A stretch of DNA of 64,000 nucleotides from Candidatus Bathyarchaeota archaeon (GCA_963702095.1 OY969706.1:672001-736000), one strand, 5' to 3'; shown: positions 19,874 to 31,331, counted from the first letter of the stretch. The notes: generated by a model not told the origin, from the sequence alone. Numbers and translations: made by a program.

Positions 19874-20365
19874 CGGGAAGAACAAATGGCGTTAGATTTT
19901 ATATGAATCCGTACACTCGCATTCATACGCGCGGGTATGCCACAGGCATGAGTATTGACAGTAACGGATAATATAGTACACTAATGATAGTGCTGAGGTA
20001 AACGACAATCGATGATATCTTTATGTGGAAAATTTGAGGATTTCTTTTGTTTATTTTGAGGTTATGTTATACGATAATCTGACGGTAAATTCTCGTAAAA
20101 AAGCGCTACAAAGCATTGACTTTGTTCCTGATGAGCAAGCTCTGCATGAAGATACTGGCCAGATAGAAAATTAATATCGCTAACTTAATAGGTGACTAAT
20201 ATCCTAGCTATCCACCAATCGCCAAAGTTCATGTAAATTGGAAAAATCTTGAGATTTGTGTATGGCATCACTTTCAACTAATAAATAATGAGGAAACAAT
20301 ATCCGACTAAAAGTAACGATGAAAAAACAGTATGGAATATCGACTCTATTAGATGAGGGTTTCCT

Positions 20366-21421
20366 ATGACTTCTACCTATAACGTGAACTTGATAACTTT
20401 GAGATTCCCAGTTCCGGCAAGATACGGAAAAATGTACAAAAGCATTAGTAAGATTTTCCGCACAAACCTAATCACTGGAACGGCAGTTGACACAATACAT
20501 CTGAGGATGAATCTGGGAACAATCTATTCCTATGTAAATCTTACTGCAAAATGCACCCTAAATAACAAGCCTTCAGTCCTTGATGTCAATGCCTTATCAA
20601 CATCAATGCTGCATTTGAGAAAAGACTTAGTTGTAGATTTCAGAACCCCTTTTTCATATGAACTGATGTGGCTTGGCCATAGTTATCTATCTCATATTGC
20701 TTCAAATATCGAAAAGCGTCTAAGTAAAATCGGTCTGATTACAGCAGCTAACGAACATATGGCCAAATATTGTAAGGATATTGGTGCTGAAACCGTTCAA
20801 GTTATCCCTAATTATCCCTCTAAAGATTTTATCGCAACGGTGGATCCAATAAACTGGAAAAAGAGGCATCACTTAAAAATAGATGACGATATAGTACTGT
20901 TTACGGGGGGTGTCCGTTTGCGTGAAATTTATGGACTTGATATGCTTCTGAAAAGTTGGAAAATTGTTGAGAATTCTACTGAATCGGGGAAACTTGTAAT
21001 TATAGGCGACGATTCGATTGAAATTATCAAGCAAATTTCCCATAAATTAGGAATAAGAAGGTTAATATTAACTGGCAGAAGAGGACCTAAGGATGTTGCA
21101 AATTGGATAAATTCTGCTAAGTTATGTCTAGCACCTAAAACGCCTGGTTTTTCAAATGCTTTCTATAATGACAAAGACTCAACAAAAATATCGGAATATG
21201 CGGCATTAGAGAAACCTATATTGGCTACAGAGTATGCGCCATCCAGTCAATACCTTCAAGTCTATCCTGACCCTGAGAACTTTGCTGAAGGAGTACTAAA
21301 GGGACTTGATGGCAAGATACAAAACTCAAAAGCCCATTTTTGGGAAGAAAATGAATCTTTATTATTGCGTTCTCTCTCAGAATTCTGGCCTCAAAAGAGT
21401 GCTGATCTGACGGGTATGTAA
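20366..21421 (+). CDS. Glycosyltransferase, GT-B fold (GT4-like)
   Basis: VIPNYP, VLFTGG, LVIIGD, STKISEYAALEKPILAT. Confidence 0.8.
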   Translation: MTSTYNVNLITLRFPVPARYGKMYKSISKIFRTNLITGTAVDTIHLRMNLGTIYSYVNLTAKCTLNNKPSVLDVNALSTSMLHLRKDLVVDFRTPFSYELMWLGHSYLSHIASNIEKRLSKIGLITAANEHMAKYCKDIGAETVQVIPNYPSKDFIATVDPINWKKRHHLKIDDDIVLFTGGVRLREIYGLDMLLKSWKIVENSTESGKLVIIGDDSIEIIKQISHKLGIRRLILTGRRGPKDVANWINSAKLCLAPKTPGFSNAFYNDKDSTKISEYAALEKPILATEYAPSSQYLQVYPDPENFAEGVLKGLDGKIQNSKAHFWEENESLLLRSLSEFWPQKSADLTGM

Positions 21422-21446
21422 ACTTTAATATGGAGGAAAGAGCCAA

Positions 21447-22808
21447 ATGTCAAGCTATAAAGAACTACTTAATAGAATACAAACCAAGAAAGCTAAAATT
21501 GCTGTGATCGGTCTTGGGTACATAGGACTTCCAACGGCTGCTATTTTCGCTAATCTCGGCTTTAATGTAAAAGGTATCGATAAAAACCGTAACATCATAA
21601 ATAGTATTAATCATTCTATATTGCACGTTGAAGAACCAGGCTTGAAAGATATTATTGCGAATGCCGTTCAGAACCATCTTTTCTCTGCAACTGATGACGC
21701 TTCAGATGCCTTGTTTGATGCTGAAGTAATAATAATCTGCGTTCAAACCCCATTAAACCGTGCAGGAACCGCTGATACTTCTTTCCTTGAGAATGCTTGT
21801 CGAGAGATTGCTAGCATTCCAAAAAAAGGTCGACTTCTTATTATACAGAGTACTGTTCCCCCAAACACTATCTCTAACATTGTGATTCCAACTTTGGAAA
21901 AACCAAACATGAGATGTGGTCGAGACTTTTTTGTAGCATATTGTCCTGAACGAATGGCGCCTGGAACAGGGTTACATGATTTATCAGAAAATATGCGCTT
22001 GATCGGTGGATATGACCAAGAGAGTACGACTCTTGCAAGTAGCTTATTCAAATTTGCGACTAAGGGGCCACTTCAATTAACTAGTGTTCCTGCAGCGGAA
22101 CTTTCAAAGCTAGCGGAAAACGCATACAGATATGTTAACATAGCATTTGCCAATGAATTAGCTCTAATATGCAAACAACTAAATGTTGACGTTAAGGAAG
22201 TCATTCAGCTTGCCAACACTCATCCGCGAGTAAATATACATAGTCCTGGATGCGGCGCTGGAGGACCTTGTTTGTCCAAGGATACCAATTTACTTATTAA
22301 TTCAGCAAAATCAGCAGTCTTTAAACCAAAAGTGCTCAAAGCTGCAAAGGAAGTAAACACTAATATGCCCATTTATGTTGCTCAACTAGCTCTGAACGCT
22401 CTAAAAAGTCAAGGGAAGAGCTTCAATACATCGAGAATTGCGATTTTAGGAACGGCGTATAAAGGATGTGTTAATGATTCTCGTGATAGCCCATCCGAAG
22501 GGATAATCAAAGAACTTGAGCGAAATAACGTAATGCAGGTAGTTTTCGATCCATATTGTAATGAATCTTTTGGTCAAAAAAAGGTTTCAGATTTAAAAGA
22601 AGCCGTAACAGGTGCTGACTGTATAATCATTGCAACTGACCATAAAGAATTTTTTCACTTAAATTTAGGTGAAATAAGACAGTTAATGAAATCAGACCCG
22701 ATAATATTGGACGGAAGAAGAACAATAAAAGCCGACGAAGCGGTAAGTTTAGGGTTCGATTATATAACTATATCTCAAAACTGCCGGCTAGAAAACAATA
22801 TTAAATAA
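21447..22808 (+). CDS. Nucleotide-sugar 6-dehydrogenase (WecC/WbpA/WbpO family)
   Basis: IAVIGLGYIGLPTA, ICVQTP, YCPERMAPG, KLAENAYRYVNIAFANE, catalytic GGPCLSKD, AYKG..DSRDSPS. Confidence 0.93.
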   Translation: MSSYKELLNRIQTKKAKIAVIGLGYIGLPTAAIFANLGFNVKGIDKNRNIINSINHSILHVEEPGLKDIIANAVQNHLFSATDDASDALFDAEVIIICVQTPLNRAGTADTSFLENACREIASIPKKGRLLIIQSTVPPNTISNIVIPTLEKPNMRCGRDFFVAYCPERMAPGTGLHDLSENMRLIGGYDQESTTLASSLFKFATKGPLQLTSVPAAELSKLAENAYRYVNIAFANELALICKQLNVDVKEVIQLANTHPRVNIHSPGCGAGGPCLSKDTNLLINSAKSAVFKPKVLKAAKEVNTNMPIYVAQLALNALKSQGKSFNTSRIAILGTAYKGCVNDSRDSPSEGIIKELERNNVMQVVFDPYCNESFGQKKVSDLKEAVTGADCIIIATDHKEFFHLNLGEIRQLMKSDPIILDGRRTIKADEAVSLGFDYITISQNCRLENNIK

Positions 22809-22820
22809 TACTACAAACGC

Positions 22821-24041
22821 ATGCCATCTGGTAAACGAAACGGCGATTTGAAATTGGTAAAGAAAAATACAGTAGATCAGGTAGCGCTTCTTACCCTAGA
22901 AGGCGGCGGTATATCAACTGTATGTTACGGATTAGCTAAAAGACTGGAACAACAAAGAGTGCATGCGACTGTATTCACGGAAACCAAAAGAAAGCAAGAA
23001 ATCAACGTGTTATCTGACCACTTGGAGATTGATAGACTTCATAGAGTAGAATTGCCCCCACGTTTTTTTTGGTTCCAAATGCAGAATTACCGTTTCCTTC
23101 TCAACAAACTCGTGGGTTTTGATATTATTCATGGTGTATATTCAGACGCCTCAACGATGGTTACTCGATATAAGGAAACAATCAAAAAGCCGTTAGTCGT
23201 ATCTTTCCACGCAGAACCCTTTTCTAATCTCCTCGATTTTATCAAAATGCCTGTTACTTCTTGGACACCTCAAGAAATTTTTTTCCACATCTTAGAATAT
23301 CCTTTATTTAAGCATAATTATAGAACTTTCTTGCAAAAATCCGATCATATAATTATCTGTAGCAAATCAACGTTAGAAGAATTTGAAGCAGTTTACAATA
23401 GAGAGATTGATTTGTCTAAGATGACTATAATATATAATGCTATTGACTTAGATGAGCTAAATTCTATTTTTGCCAGCAACGCGCGATCCCTTGAAAAAAG
23501 AGTTTCGATAATTTATGCTGGTCGTTTATTTTGGTTAAAAGGTCTTCAGTACTTACTACGGGCTTTTAAAATAGTTGTTAGAGACTTTCCGTTCGTATTT
23601 TTGGATATCTATGGAGAAGGCCCGGAAGAAATGAAATTTAAGAAACTTGTAAGAACGTTAAAGTTAGAACATAGAGTTTTTTTTCATGGCCGCTTACAAA
23701 AGAATGAATTGTTGCAAAAAATGAAAAATTCTGACATTCTTGTAGCGCCTAGTATGCATGAAGCGCAATCTATGGTTGTGCTCGAAGGAATGGCTTGCCA
23801 AAAACCAGTTATCGCGTTCGATATTCCCTCTATGAAAGAAATAATCTCAGACGGGTATAATGGTCTTCTTGCTCGGTCATTTGATATTGAAGATTTGGCT
23901 GAGAAGATTGAATCTCTTCTCTCTAACGAAAAACTGAGGTTGGAAATAGGAGAAAAGGCCTATATCTATATAAAGAAAAAACATAATTGGCAAAATCAAG
24001 TTCAAGAATACTTGCATATATATAAATCTCTAACAAATTAA
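22821..24041 (+). CDS. Glycosyltransferase family 4
   Basis: IYAGRLFWLKG, IYGEGPE, EAQSMVVLEGMACQKPVI (EX7E). Confidence 0.92.
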   Translation: MPSGKRNGDLKLVKKNTVDQVALLTLEGGGISTVCYGLAKRLEQQRVHATVFTETKRKQEINVLSDHLEIDRLHRVELPPRFFWFQMQNYRFLLNKLVGFDIIHGVYSDASTMVTRYKETIKKPLVVSFHAEPFSNLLDFIKMPVTSWTPQEIFFHILEYPLFKHNYRTFLQKSDHIIICSKSTLEEFEAVYNREIDLSKMTIIYNAIDLDELNSIFASNARSLEKRVSIIYAGRLFWLKGLQYLLRAFKIVVRDFPFVFLDIYGEGPEEMKFKKLVRTLKLEHRVFFHGRLQKNELLQKMKNSDILVAPSMHEAQSMVVLEGMACQKPVIAFDIPSMKEIISDGYNGLLARSFDIEDLAEKIESLLSNEKLRLEIGEKAYIYIKKKHNWQNQVQEYLHIYKSLTN

Positions 24042-24069
24042 GTCCCCAAGTTACCGGTGCAATCTTGCC

Positions 24070-25227
24070 ATGAATTTCGAACTCTTGGATTCCGCAAAAA
24101 AGCTTCACAACTTTATCTATCTCAACTTTTGGGATGGTTTAAAGATTATTGGTCCTGACCCTGGCCTAAAGTTCGACTTACGCTTGTTCCGATTTGTTAA
24201 GAGTTATTTTCCTTTCTTGAGTCAGAATAGTAGATATTTTTTTCTACAAGCCCAAGGTTACTGGATAAGGGCGAACTGGGACTTATTCAAATTAACTTCC
24301 GAGTCCTTATATAAGGACATAGCAATCGCTTGCTCAAACACCGTAATAGAATACCAAAGACCTGATGGTTCCTGGGAATATCCACTTAAGGAGTGGAAGG
24401 ACTATGTTTCGACCGTGGAAGGATGTTGGGCAGCACTAGGACTGTTGAGAAGTTATAGAGAAAGTGGTGATAAAAAATATCTTGACGCAGCAATCCACTG
24501 GTATTCCTTTGTATTTGAGCAAATTGGTTTTGAACCCTATCTTGATTCGTTGGCTGTTAATTATTTTGCGTTCTCTCCAGAAAAGCGGAAAGTGCCGAAC
24601 AACGCTACACTGGCCTTGTGGCTTTTCTCAGAATTGTATGATATTACTGGGGATAAAAAGTTTAACACTTATATCGATAAGTTGGTTAGGTTCCTTGAAA
24701 TTACTCAAAAAACAGACGGTGAGTTAGTTTATGAGGTTGGGAAAGAGCATTATCTTTGTTATCAATATAATTCTTTTGAATTTGTTGACCTATTAAATGC
24801 TTATAATCTTAACAAAAATGTTACACTTAGGCAGATATTAGTGCGTTTAGCAGAGTTTATCAGTTCAGGCGTAACTAAAAAAGGATCGGTAAAGTACTCG
24901 TGCAATCAAGAGTTGCCTGAATTTATTTTGTTTTCCAGTGCCGCTGGATCTGCTTTGTTCAGTGCTTCAAAACAAGGTTTGGGAGACTACTGCAAGGAAA
25001 GTTGCTTAGTATACGGTTACATACTTAAGAATCAGAGAACTGATGGGTCCTTCTATTTTAGTCGACGAGATATGATGTACTACAAGACGCCAGTAAGTTG
25101 GGGTTTTTTAACGGATAAAACTAGATACCCTCGTCAGTTATGTTATTTATTGCAACATATTCTAACCCCGCTGGGTTACAATAGTTCTACTGTTTCCAAA
25201 GAAATCGGATTTGGTATTCATGAATAA
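24070..25227 (+). CDS. (alpha/alpha)6-barrel protein of polysaccharide loci (epimerase/lyase-like, function unknown)
   Basis: Helical repeats ending QRPDGSWEY, QKTDGELVY, QRTDGSFYF; repeated YxxTGDKKY turns; VPNNATL. Confidence 0.65.
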   Translation: MNFELLDSAKKLHNFIYLNFWDGLKIIGPDPGLKFDLRLFRFVKSYFPFLSQNSRYFFLQAQGYWIRANWDLFKLTSESLYKDIAIACSNTVIEYQRPDGSWEYPLKEWKDYVSTVEGCWAALGLLRSYRESGDKKYLDAAIHWYSFVFEQIGFEPYLDSLAVNYFAFSPEKRKVPNNATLALWLFSELYDITGDKKFNTYIDKLVRFLEITQKTDGELVYEVGKEHYLCYQYNSFEFVDLLNAYNLNKNVTLRQILVRLAEFISSGVTKKGSVKYSCNQELPEFILFSSAAGSALFSASKQGLGDYCKESCLVYGYILKNQRTDGSFYFSRRDMMYYKTPVSWGFLTDKTRYPRQLCYLLQHILTPLGYNSSTVSKEIGFGIHE

Positions 25228-25648
25228 TCCCGTGTACTATCTATTCTTAACTGAACACTCGATGTATAAAAAGAGAATACCTATACTGCCTACGGTGATT
25301 CAGGGAATAATCAGATGTTTTTTTTATGCCGTTATTCCGCCACAGATAGAAATTGGAAAAAATGTGCATTTCGGGTATAATGGTCTAGGTATTATTTTGC
25401 ATCCGCGAAGCAGAATTGGGGAGAATGTTAGCATTGGCCCTCATGTTACCGTAGGCGGTAGGGGGCAATATGGTGTTCCGGTTATAGGAAACAATGTTGA
25501 AATAGGCTCTGGCGCAAGGATACTAGGTCCAATTCGTATTGGAAACAATGTCAAAATTGGTGCAAATGCGGTTGTTCTAGTAGATATCCCCGATAACTCA
25601 ACAGCGGTCGGCATTCCAGCAAGGGTTATTAAAAAAACATGTGGCTAA
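25220..25648 (+). CDS. Hexapeptide-repeat O-acetyltransferase (CysE/WcaB-like)
   Basis: IGKNV, IGENVSIG, PVIGNNVEIGSGARILG, IGANAVV...AVGIPARVIK; ATG at 25220. Confidence 0.88.
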   Translation: MNNPVYYLFLTEHSMYKKRIPILPTVIQGIIRCFFYAVIPPQIEIGKNVHFGYNGLGIILHPRSRIGENVSIGPHVTVGGRGQYGVPVIGNNVEIGSGARILGPIRIGNNVKIGANAVVLVDIPDNSTAVGIPARVIKKTCG

Positions 25649-25654
25649 ACAGGT

Positions 25655-27778
25655 TTGGGTATCTCATTGAAGATTTTTAATTTTAACGTTCATGTACCCT
25701 TGTTCATTATCGCTACGTGGATTATAGTTCTATCAGACATTCCTCTTTTACGACAATTATTTGGTTTTATTTTTCTCTACTACCTTACGGGTATGCTGTC
25801 AATAAAAGCATTAGGCATTAGAAAAAATTTTTTGATTTCAACGATATTGTCAATTGCGATAAGTATTGTAATTTCAATGATAATTGGTTTATTGTTAAAT
25901 TGGTCCCTCCCTCTGATGGGTGATTCGACACCGCTTGAAACATCAAATATAATGGTTGCTTTGACTTTTCTTGATTTAGTATTATATGCAAAAATTTTTC
26001 TTTCGAGGCAAGATTTCTCCTCTTTTGATTTAAAAGAAAATCTTGGCAAATCCTTTGTGCTATTAGCCCTTATACCTATTGTGGGCATTATTGGAGCAAT
26101 ATTGGTTGCTTATGGTAATAATGTATTATCGTTGTTTAATTTTGTCATCATTGCTATTGCTGTAATTTTGGCTTCGGCAAGAAAGATTTCTCTACGAGCT
26201 TTTCCTCTTCTAATTTTCGTAATTTCTTTTTCGTTACTACTTCAAACCACATTAACAAACAACTACCTTAACGGTTGGGATATACAAGTTGAATACTATG
26301 TTGCCCAGATTACACAGAGTAAGCAATTCTGGGATTTTTCTTTAATGTCTTCACTTACCACTAGCGTGAACAATTACAATACAATGCTGAGCATAACTAT
26401 TCTACCTACAATCAGTTCAAATATATTGAATATCGATATTCCGTTAGTTTACAAAATTATCTATCCTTTAGTTTTTTCTTTGGTTCCTGTTACGTTGTAT
26501 CTTTTATTTGAAAAACATGTTGGATCTCGCTTTGCATTTATCTCATCGTTCCTTCTACTCTCAATAACAGCTTTTTATCAAATGGCATTTCTAGCAAGAC
26601 AAATGATTGCTGAATTCTTCTTTGTTTTAATTTTCTATTTGCTGATAGAATATGAGTACAAAAAATTATCAAAACCTTTGGCTGTTCTGTTGATTTTATT
26701 CGCTTTTGGACTAGTGGTATCCCATTATTCAACGGCCTTTATGTGCATTTATTATCTTTTATTTTTAACAATAGCTTTTTACAAAAGAATAAATCGATCT
26801 CTGATGCTGTCTTTTTTCTTTCTTTTTATTGATGTAACTTTAATTTGGTATATGACGGTCTCAAATGCCACTCCGCTAGATTCCTTAGGTATGATTGCGA
26901 ACATGAGCTTTCAGGAGCTGTTTACAGGTGCCTCTGGATCATCTCAACTGCTAGCTATGACTAGTAACGAATATTTGGTTAACATATTCAGTAAAGTAGT
27001 TTTTATTTTAATAAATGCAATTATCGCCTTAGGAATTATTCGATTAATTACAAACAGGAAAAAATTTCCTCCCAGCTACTTTGCTATTTGTTTAGGTGGT
27101 GCCATCTTATTATTGGCAGCAGCCTTAGTCCCCAACTTAATTCTTGGACTTGAATTTGCTAGAACTTATCAGTTCGGTCTTATTTTCTCTGCTACTTTGA
27201 TTGTCTTCGGTTCTGATTTAGTCTTAGTAAGCATAGAAAAAATAAGAAAAGTACATATTTCTACTAAGAAATTGATCAATAGAATTGCGCCACCATTACT
27301 ATCGTTTATGATAGTAATTTTCTTCTTATTTCAATACGGTGTAATCACTAATATAGCTGAGGGCGTTCCATCCAATCTTTCGCTTTCTACTGACAAACAA
27401 CAATTTGTCGATACACTTAACCTCTCGCCTCTTAATGCATATATCTATCCACAGGATGTTTACGGTGCAAGATGGCTATCAAATAATTTGGCGAAGGGTT
27501 CAGATACGCCAGTATATTGCGATTCAACATCTGCTTCTCAAGTTCTGCTAAGTTACGGCCTAATAAACCCCTTGCTCATCGCAGTCCCCTCAAACACAAC
27601 ACTCTTACTAAACCAATCAACAGTCTTTTTACGGCAAGTTAACTTAGAATATCATCTATTCCAAGATTTTAAATTCGTGAATAATGTGACAGAATATGGG
27701 AATTTATTGAAAAATACCGATAACATTTATTCTAATGGTGGCTCTCAAATATTATTTTCACCGACCTACCACAAATAG
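25655..27778 (+). CDS. Polytopic membrane protein, DUF2206-like (possible GT-C or polymerase)
   Basis: More than 15 TM helices; LNGWDIQVEYY, YNTMLSITILPT, RQMIAEFF, VVSHYSTA, C-terminal IYSNGGSQI. Confidence 0.8.
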   Translation: MGISLKIFNFNVHVPLFIIATWIIVLSDIPLLRQLFGFIFLYYLTGMLSIKALGIRKNFLISTILSIAISIVISMIIGLLLNWSLPLMGDSTPLETSNIMVALTFLDLVLYAKIFLSRQDFSSFDLKENLGKSFVLLALIPIVGIIGAILVAYGNNVLSLFNFVIIAIAVILASARKISLRAFPLLIFVISFSLLLQTTLTNNYLNGWDIQVEYYVAQITQSKQFWDFSLMSSLTTSVNNYNTMLSITILPTISSNILNIDIPLVYKIIYPLVFSLVPVTLYLLFEKHVGSRFAFISSFLLLSITAFYQMAFLARQMIAEFFFVLIFYLLIEYEYKKLSKPLAVLLILFAFGLVVSHYSTAFMCIYYLLFLTIAFYKRINRSLMLSFFFLFIDVTLIWYMTVSNATPLDSLGMIANMSFQELFTGASGSSQLLAMTSNEYLVNIFSKVVFILINAIIALGIIRLITNRKKFPPSYFAICLGGAILLLAAALVPNLILGLEFARTYQFGLIFSATLIVFGSDLVLVSIEKIRKVHISTKKLINRIAPPLLSFMIVIFFLFQYGVITNIAEGVPSNLSLSTDKQQFVDTLNLSPLNAYIYPQDVYGARWLSNNLAKGSDTPVYCDSTSASQVLLSYGLINPLLIAVPSNTTLLLNQSTVFLRQVNLEYHLFQDFKFVNNVTEYGNLLKNTDNIYSNGGSQILFSPTYHK

Positions 27779-27847
27779 GGAAAGACAATTCCCTGTCTAA
27801 AGTATTTTAGGCACACCTCTAAATAATATTAAAAAGGAAAAAATAAT

Positions 27848-28876
27848 ATGAATGTACTCTTGGTTGGTCATTCAGGGACTGGTGGCGGAAAGGAGCAAAT
27901 AAAAGCATACAGCGCCTTTCTTCAAGCAAAAGGTTATGACGCTACAGCCTTATTATTTCCCTCAGACAGTTACTCTTCAAAACTGTGGTATTTATTTCAA
28001 AATGCACGGGCTAGAATAAACAAGCGAGAAAAAGATGTTATTGAAAAAATATCGCAGCAAATTAAAAAAGAAATAGACAAGAATCGATTTGATGCAATAA
28101 TCTGCGTGGGAACTCCTTTCGCTCATATTTTGTCGAAAGATTTAGATTGTCTTAAGATATTTAGCCCGCAAACATCCGGAAATGATGAGTTGTATTTTTC
28201 TAAACGGTTGGCTATCGAGAGGATTAAGGAATACAAGGATCTTGAAATAGAAATAATGGAAAAATCAGATTTTGTAATTTTTCCTTGTGAGTCACTCCAA
28301 AATTATGTAAAAAAACATGTTATTGATGGTAAGAATTTTGTAATCGTGAATTATGGGTGTTATCCTCAATCACGTCACGTATCATACTCTTTTCCACCAG
28401 CAATAATTTCCATGGGTAATCTAAGTCACTATTGGTCTAACAAAGAGCTTTTATCCACTCTTACTCAGACAAGTCCGTACATAGTAGATGCATACGGTCA
28501 ATATAGACCGGAAAAAAAATATGCAATACGTTATAAAGGGTATGCTTTATCCCTCGATATTTTATACAATTATCAGTTCGGGCTTAATACGGTCTCTAAA
28601 GATCCTCTCAGGAGAAGCGATCATTCTTCTAGAGTGCTTACTTACCTTGCTTATGGTTTGCCTGTTTTATCTCCCGATTGGATGGAATTCTCTAATAGCT
28701 TAAGGGGTTGCTTACCTTTTAACGAAGATAACTTCACTACTCTTATTGAAAGAAACAGTGAAAGAGAGGACTGGGAAAGATTAAGCCGTGAAGCTTATAA
28801 CCAAGCGTTGGAATTAGACTGGAATAAGACGCTTAAGGATCTAGACAGACTATTGACTAGCAATATCAAGACATAA
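27848..28876 (+). CDS. Divergent GT-B glycosyltransferase
   Basis: MNVLLVG start; SSRVLTYLAYGLPVLS; C-terminal LDWNKTL; lies inside the glycan cluster. Confidence 0.65.
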   Translation: MNVLLVGHSGTGGGKEQIKAYSAFLQAKGYDATALLFPSDSYSSKLWYLFQNARARINKREKDVIEKISQQIKKEIDKNRFDAIICVGTPFAHILSKDLDCLKIFSPQTSGNDELYFSKRLAIERIKEYKDLEIEIMEKSDFVIFPCESLQNYVKKHVIDGKNFVIVNYGCYPQSRHVSYSFPPAIISMGNLSHYWSNKELLSTLTQTSPYIVDAYGQYRPEKKYAIRYKGYALSLDILYNYQFGLNTVSKDPLRRSDHSSRVLTYLAYGLPVLSPDWMEFSNSLRGCLPFNEDNFTTLIERNSEREDWERLSREAYNQALELDWNKTLKDLDRLLTSNIKT

Positions 28877-28904
28877 ATTAAATACTTAAGGGATTGAAGT
28901 TTGG

Positions 28905-29960
28905 ATGTCTAAAAAAACAAAAAAGGCATTAATAACTGGCGTTACAGGCCAGGATGGGTCTTACTTGGCAGAATTTTTGCTTGGTAAGGGTTATGAAGTA
29001 CATGGAATTGTGAGAAGGGCATCGACGTTTAACACAAAGAGAATTGATCACCTGATTTTAGATCACCATGACCCTAAGGCGCGATTTTTCTTCTACTATG
29101 GTGATCTATCCGATTCTGAACAAATGTCAAATATTATTAGTGAAATAGTGCCTGATGAAATTTATCACTTAGGAGCTCAAAGCCAAGTTAGAACAAGCTT
29201 CGATATTCCTGAGTATACCGGAAATGTTACTGCGTTGAGTGCAACGAGATTACTTGAGGCTGTTAGAAGAAGCAAATTACCGATTAAATTGTATCAAGCC
29301 TCAAGCAGTGAAATGTTTGGGAGTTCCCCTCCTCCTCAGAATGAGCAAACACCTCTAAAACCACGTAGTCCATACGCGTGTGCAAAGGTATATGCACATT
29401 TAATGACGAATAATTATAGGGAAGGTTACAACATTTTCGTTTGTAATGGCATATTATTCAATCACGAATCACCGAGGCGGGGCGAGACCTTTGTTACCCG
29501 AAAAATTACAAGGGCTATTGCAAGTATACTGAATAAAAAACAAACTGTATTATACCTAGGAAATCTCGATAATCGACGTGATTGGGGTTTTGCTCCAGAG
29601 TATGTAGAAATGATGTGGAAAATGTTACAGATCAAATGTCCAGAAGACTTTGCAATTGGAACTGGAGAGGCCCATTCAATAAATGAATTTCTAGAAGAAG
29701 CTTTCTCGTATGCAGGTTTGGATTGGCATAAATATGTCAAAATTGACCCGATGTATTTTAGGCCGACTGAACCAGAAACACTAATCGCAGACGCAGCCAA
29801 AGCTAAAGAAAAACTGGACTGGAAACCCAAGGTCAAATTTATTGACTTAGTTAAAATTATGGTTGATTCCGATGTACGTTCTGTAGGACTGAACCCTCCT
29901 GGCGAAGGAGATGAAATACTCAAAAGACTCTTTCCAGATCGCTGGTGGAAAATAGATTAA
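28905..29960 (+). CDS. gmd: GDP-mannose 4,6-dehydratase
   Basis: [56 protein letters not shown]. Confidence 0.97.
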   Translation: MSKKTKKALITGVTGQDGSYLAEFLLGKGYEVHGIVRRASTFNTKRIDHLILDHHDPKARFFFYYGDLSDSEQMSNIISEIVPDEIYHLGAQSQVRTSFDIPEYTGNVTALSATRLLEAVRRSKLPIKLYQASSSEMFGSSPPPQNEQTPLKPRSPYACAKVYAHLMTNNYREGYNIFVCNGILFNHESPRRGETFVTRKITRAIASILNKKQTVLYLGNLDNRRDWGFAPEYVEMMWKMLQIKCPEDFAIGTGEAHSINEFLEEAFSYAGLDWHKYVKIDPMYFRPTEPETLIADAAKAKEKLDWKPKVKFIDLVKIMVDSDVRSVGLNPPGEGDEILKRLFPDRWWKID

Positions 29961-29973
29961 GGGGACCAGCAAT

Positions 29974-30903
29974 TTGGATAAGAAAATATTTGTGCCTGGC
30001 GGAAACGGGTTCTTGGGGAGAAGAATTACAAAGAAATTACAAGAAAGGAAAGTTCCTTTTGTTTCTCTTTCTCTTCGTGACGGATATGATTTCCGTAATT
30101 TTGAGCAAACCTTGGGTTTATTTGAGGAGAACAATTTTGATGCAGTAATAAATTGTGCAGCTTTTGTTGGAGGCATACAATTTGGCTATGAGAAACCTGC
30201 TGAATTATATTACAACAATATTGTTATGGCAACTAACCTGATGGAAGCCGCAAGACGAACAGGTGTAAAAAAGTTTGTCAATCCAATTTCTAACTGTTCT
30301 TACCCGGCGAAAGTGACCACCGATTTCAAAGAGGATGAATGGTGGGAAGGTGAGCTTCACGAATCGGTTCTGGTTTACGGCTTTGTACGAAAAGCTAGTT
30401 GGGTGCAGAGCTGGGCGTATGAAAAGCAGTATGGGTTCCAAACAGTAAATCTCATATTGCCCAATATGTATGGCCGTGGGGATCACTTTGAAGAAAAGCG
30501 ATCTCACGCTTTAGGTGCCTTAATTATGAAAATGGTACAGGCAAAAAGGAATGGCGTCTCTCAAGTTACTATTTGGGGAACTGGAGCACCAGTAAGAGAA
30601 TGGCTTTACGTTGATGATGGCGCAGAAGCGTTGATTAGAAGCTTAGACATAGAAAACGTACCTTTTCCAATTAATATTGGTGTGGGGAAAGGTATCTCCA
30701 TTGGAAATCTCGCTAATTTAATTAAAGAAATAGTAGATTTTAGCGGCAATTTGGTTTTTGACCCATCTAAGCCGGATGGGGCAATGCATAAAACCATGAA
30801 TAATGAACGGATGCAACAAATTTTAAAGTGGGCGCCATCAATGAGCCTGAAGGAAGGAATAGCGACTACAGTGGAATGGTATACAGAAAACGTTGTTGAA
30901 TGA
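29974..30903 (+). CDS. fcl: GDP-L-fucose synthase family epimerase/reductase
   Basis: GGNGFLG, AAFVGGI, SNCSYP, YGFVRK, SH, WGTGAPVREWLYVDD, SKPDG; follows gmd. Confidence 0.85.
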   Translation: MDKKIFVPGGNGFLGRRITKKLQERKVPFVSLSLRDGYDFRNFEQTLGLFEENNFDAVINCAAFVGGIQFGYEKPAELYYNNIVMATNLMEAARRTGVKKFVNPISNCSYPAKVTTDFKEDEWWEGELHESVLVYGFVRKASWVQSWAYEKQYGFQTVNLILPNMYGRGDHFEEKRSHALGALIMKMVQAKRNGVSQVTIWGTGAPVREWLYVDDGAEALIRSLDIENVPFPINIGVGKGISIGNLANLIKEIVDFSGNLVFDPSKPDGAMHKTMNNERMQQILKWAPSMSLKEGIATTVEWYTENVVE

Positions 30904-31331
30904 CCATGGCCACAGAGAAAATAATGCACAGTCAAGAAATTTTAGCCTTGATCCTCCGAGATTCAGATTGGCAGGAAGGATTAAACTTCCTATCCCAAAG
31001 CAGCGACTACCAGCAAGTGGGTACTTGGTGGTATAATGCTGGCAAAAAACTCAATGCACACATTCACCTCCCCGAGCAACGTGTCGTATTGTATACCCAG
31101 GAAGTCCTATTTATCAAAAAAGGTGCGGTGCGTGCCTATATCTACTCGCAAGATGAAACTTTAGTTCATACTGCTGATTTGTTTGAAGGTGATGTCATAG
31201 TTCTTTTGAGAGGGGGCCATGGCTATAGAATTTTACAGGACGGGACAAAAGTCTTAGAAGTAAAAAATGGCCCTTACGTTGGCGCCGACAAAGATCGAAG
31301 AGTTATCGAAAAACCAAAAATTGAGGATTGA
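30900..31331 (+). CDS. Cupin-fold protein (WbuC-like) of nucleotide-sugar clusters
   Basis: AHIH...TQEVL...GGHG...EVKNGPY cupin metal motif. Confidence 0.75.
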   Translation: MTMATEKIMHSQEILALILRDSDWQEGLNFLSQSSDYQQVGTWWYNAGKKLNAHIHLPEQRVVLYTQEVLFIKKGAVRAYIYSQDETLVHTADLFEGDVIVLLRGGHGYRILQDGTKVLEVKNGPYVGADKDRRVIEKPKIED

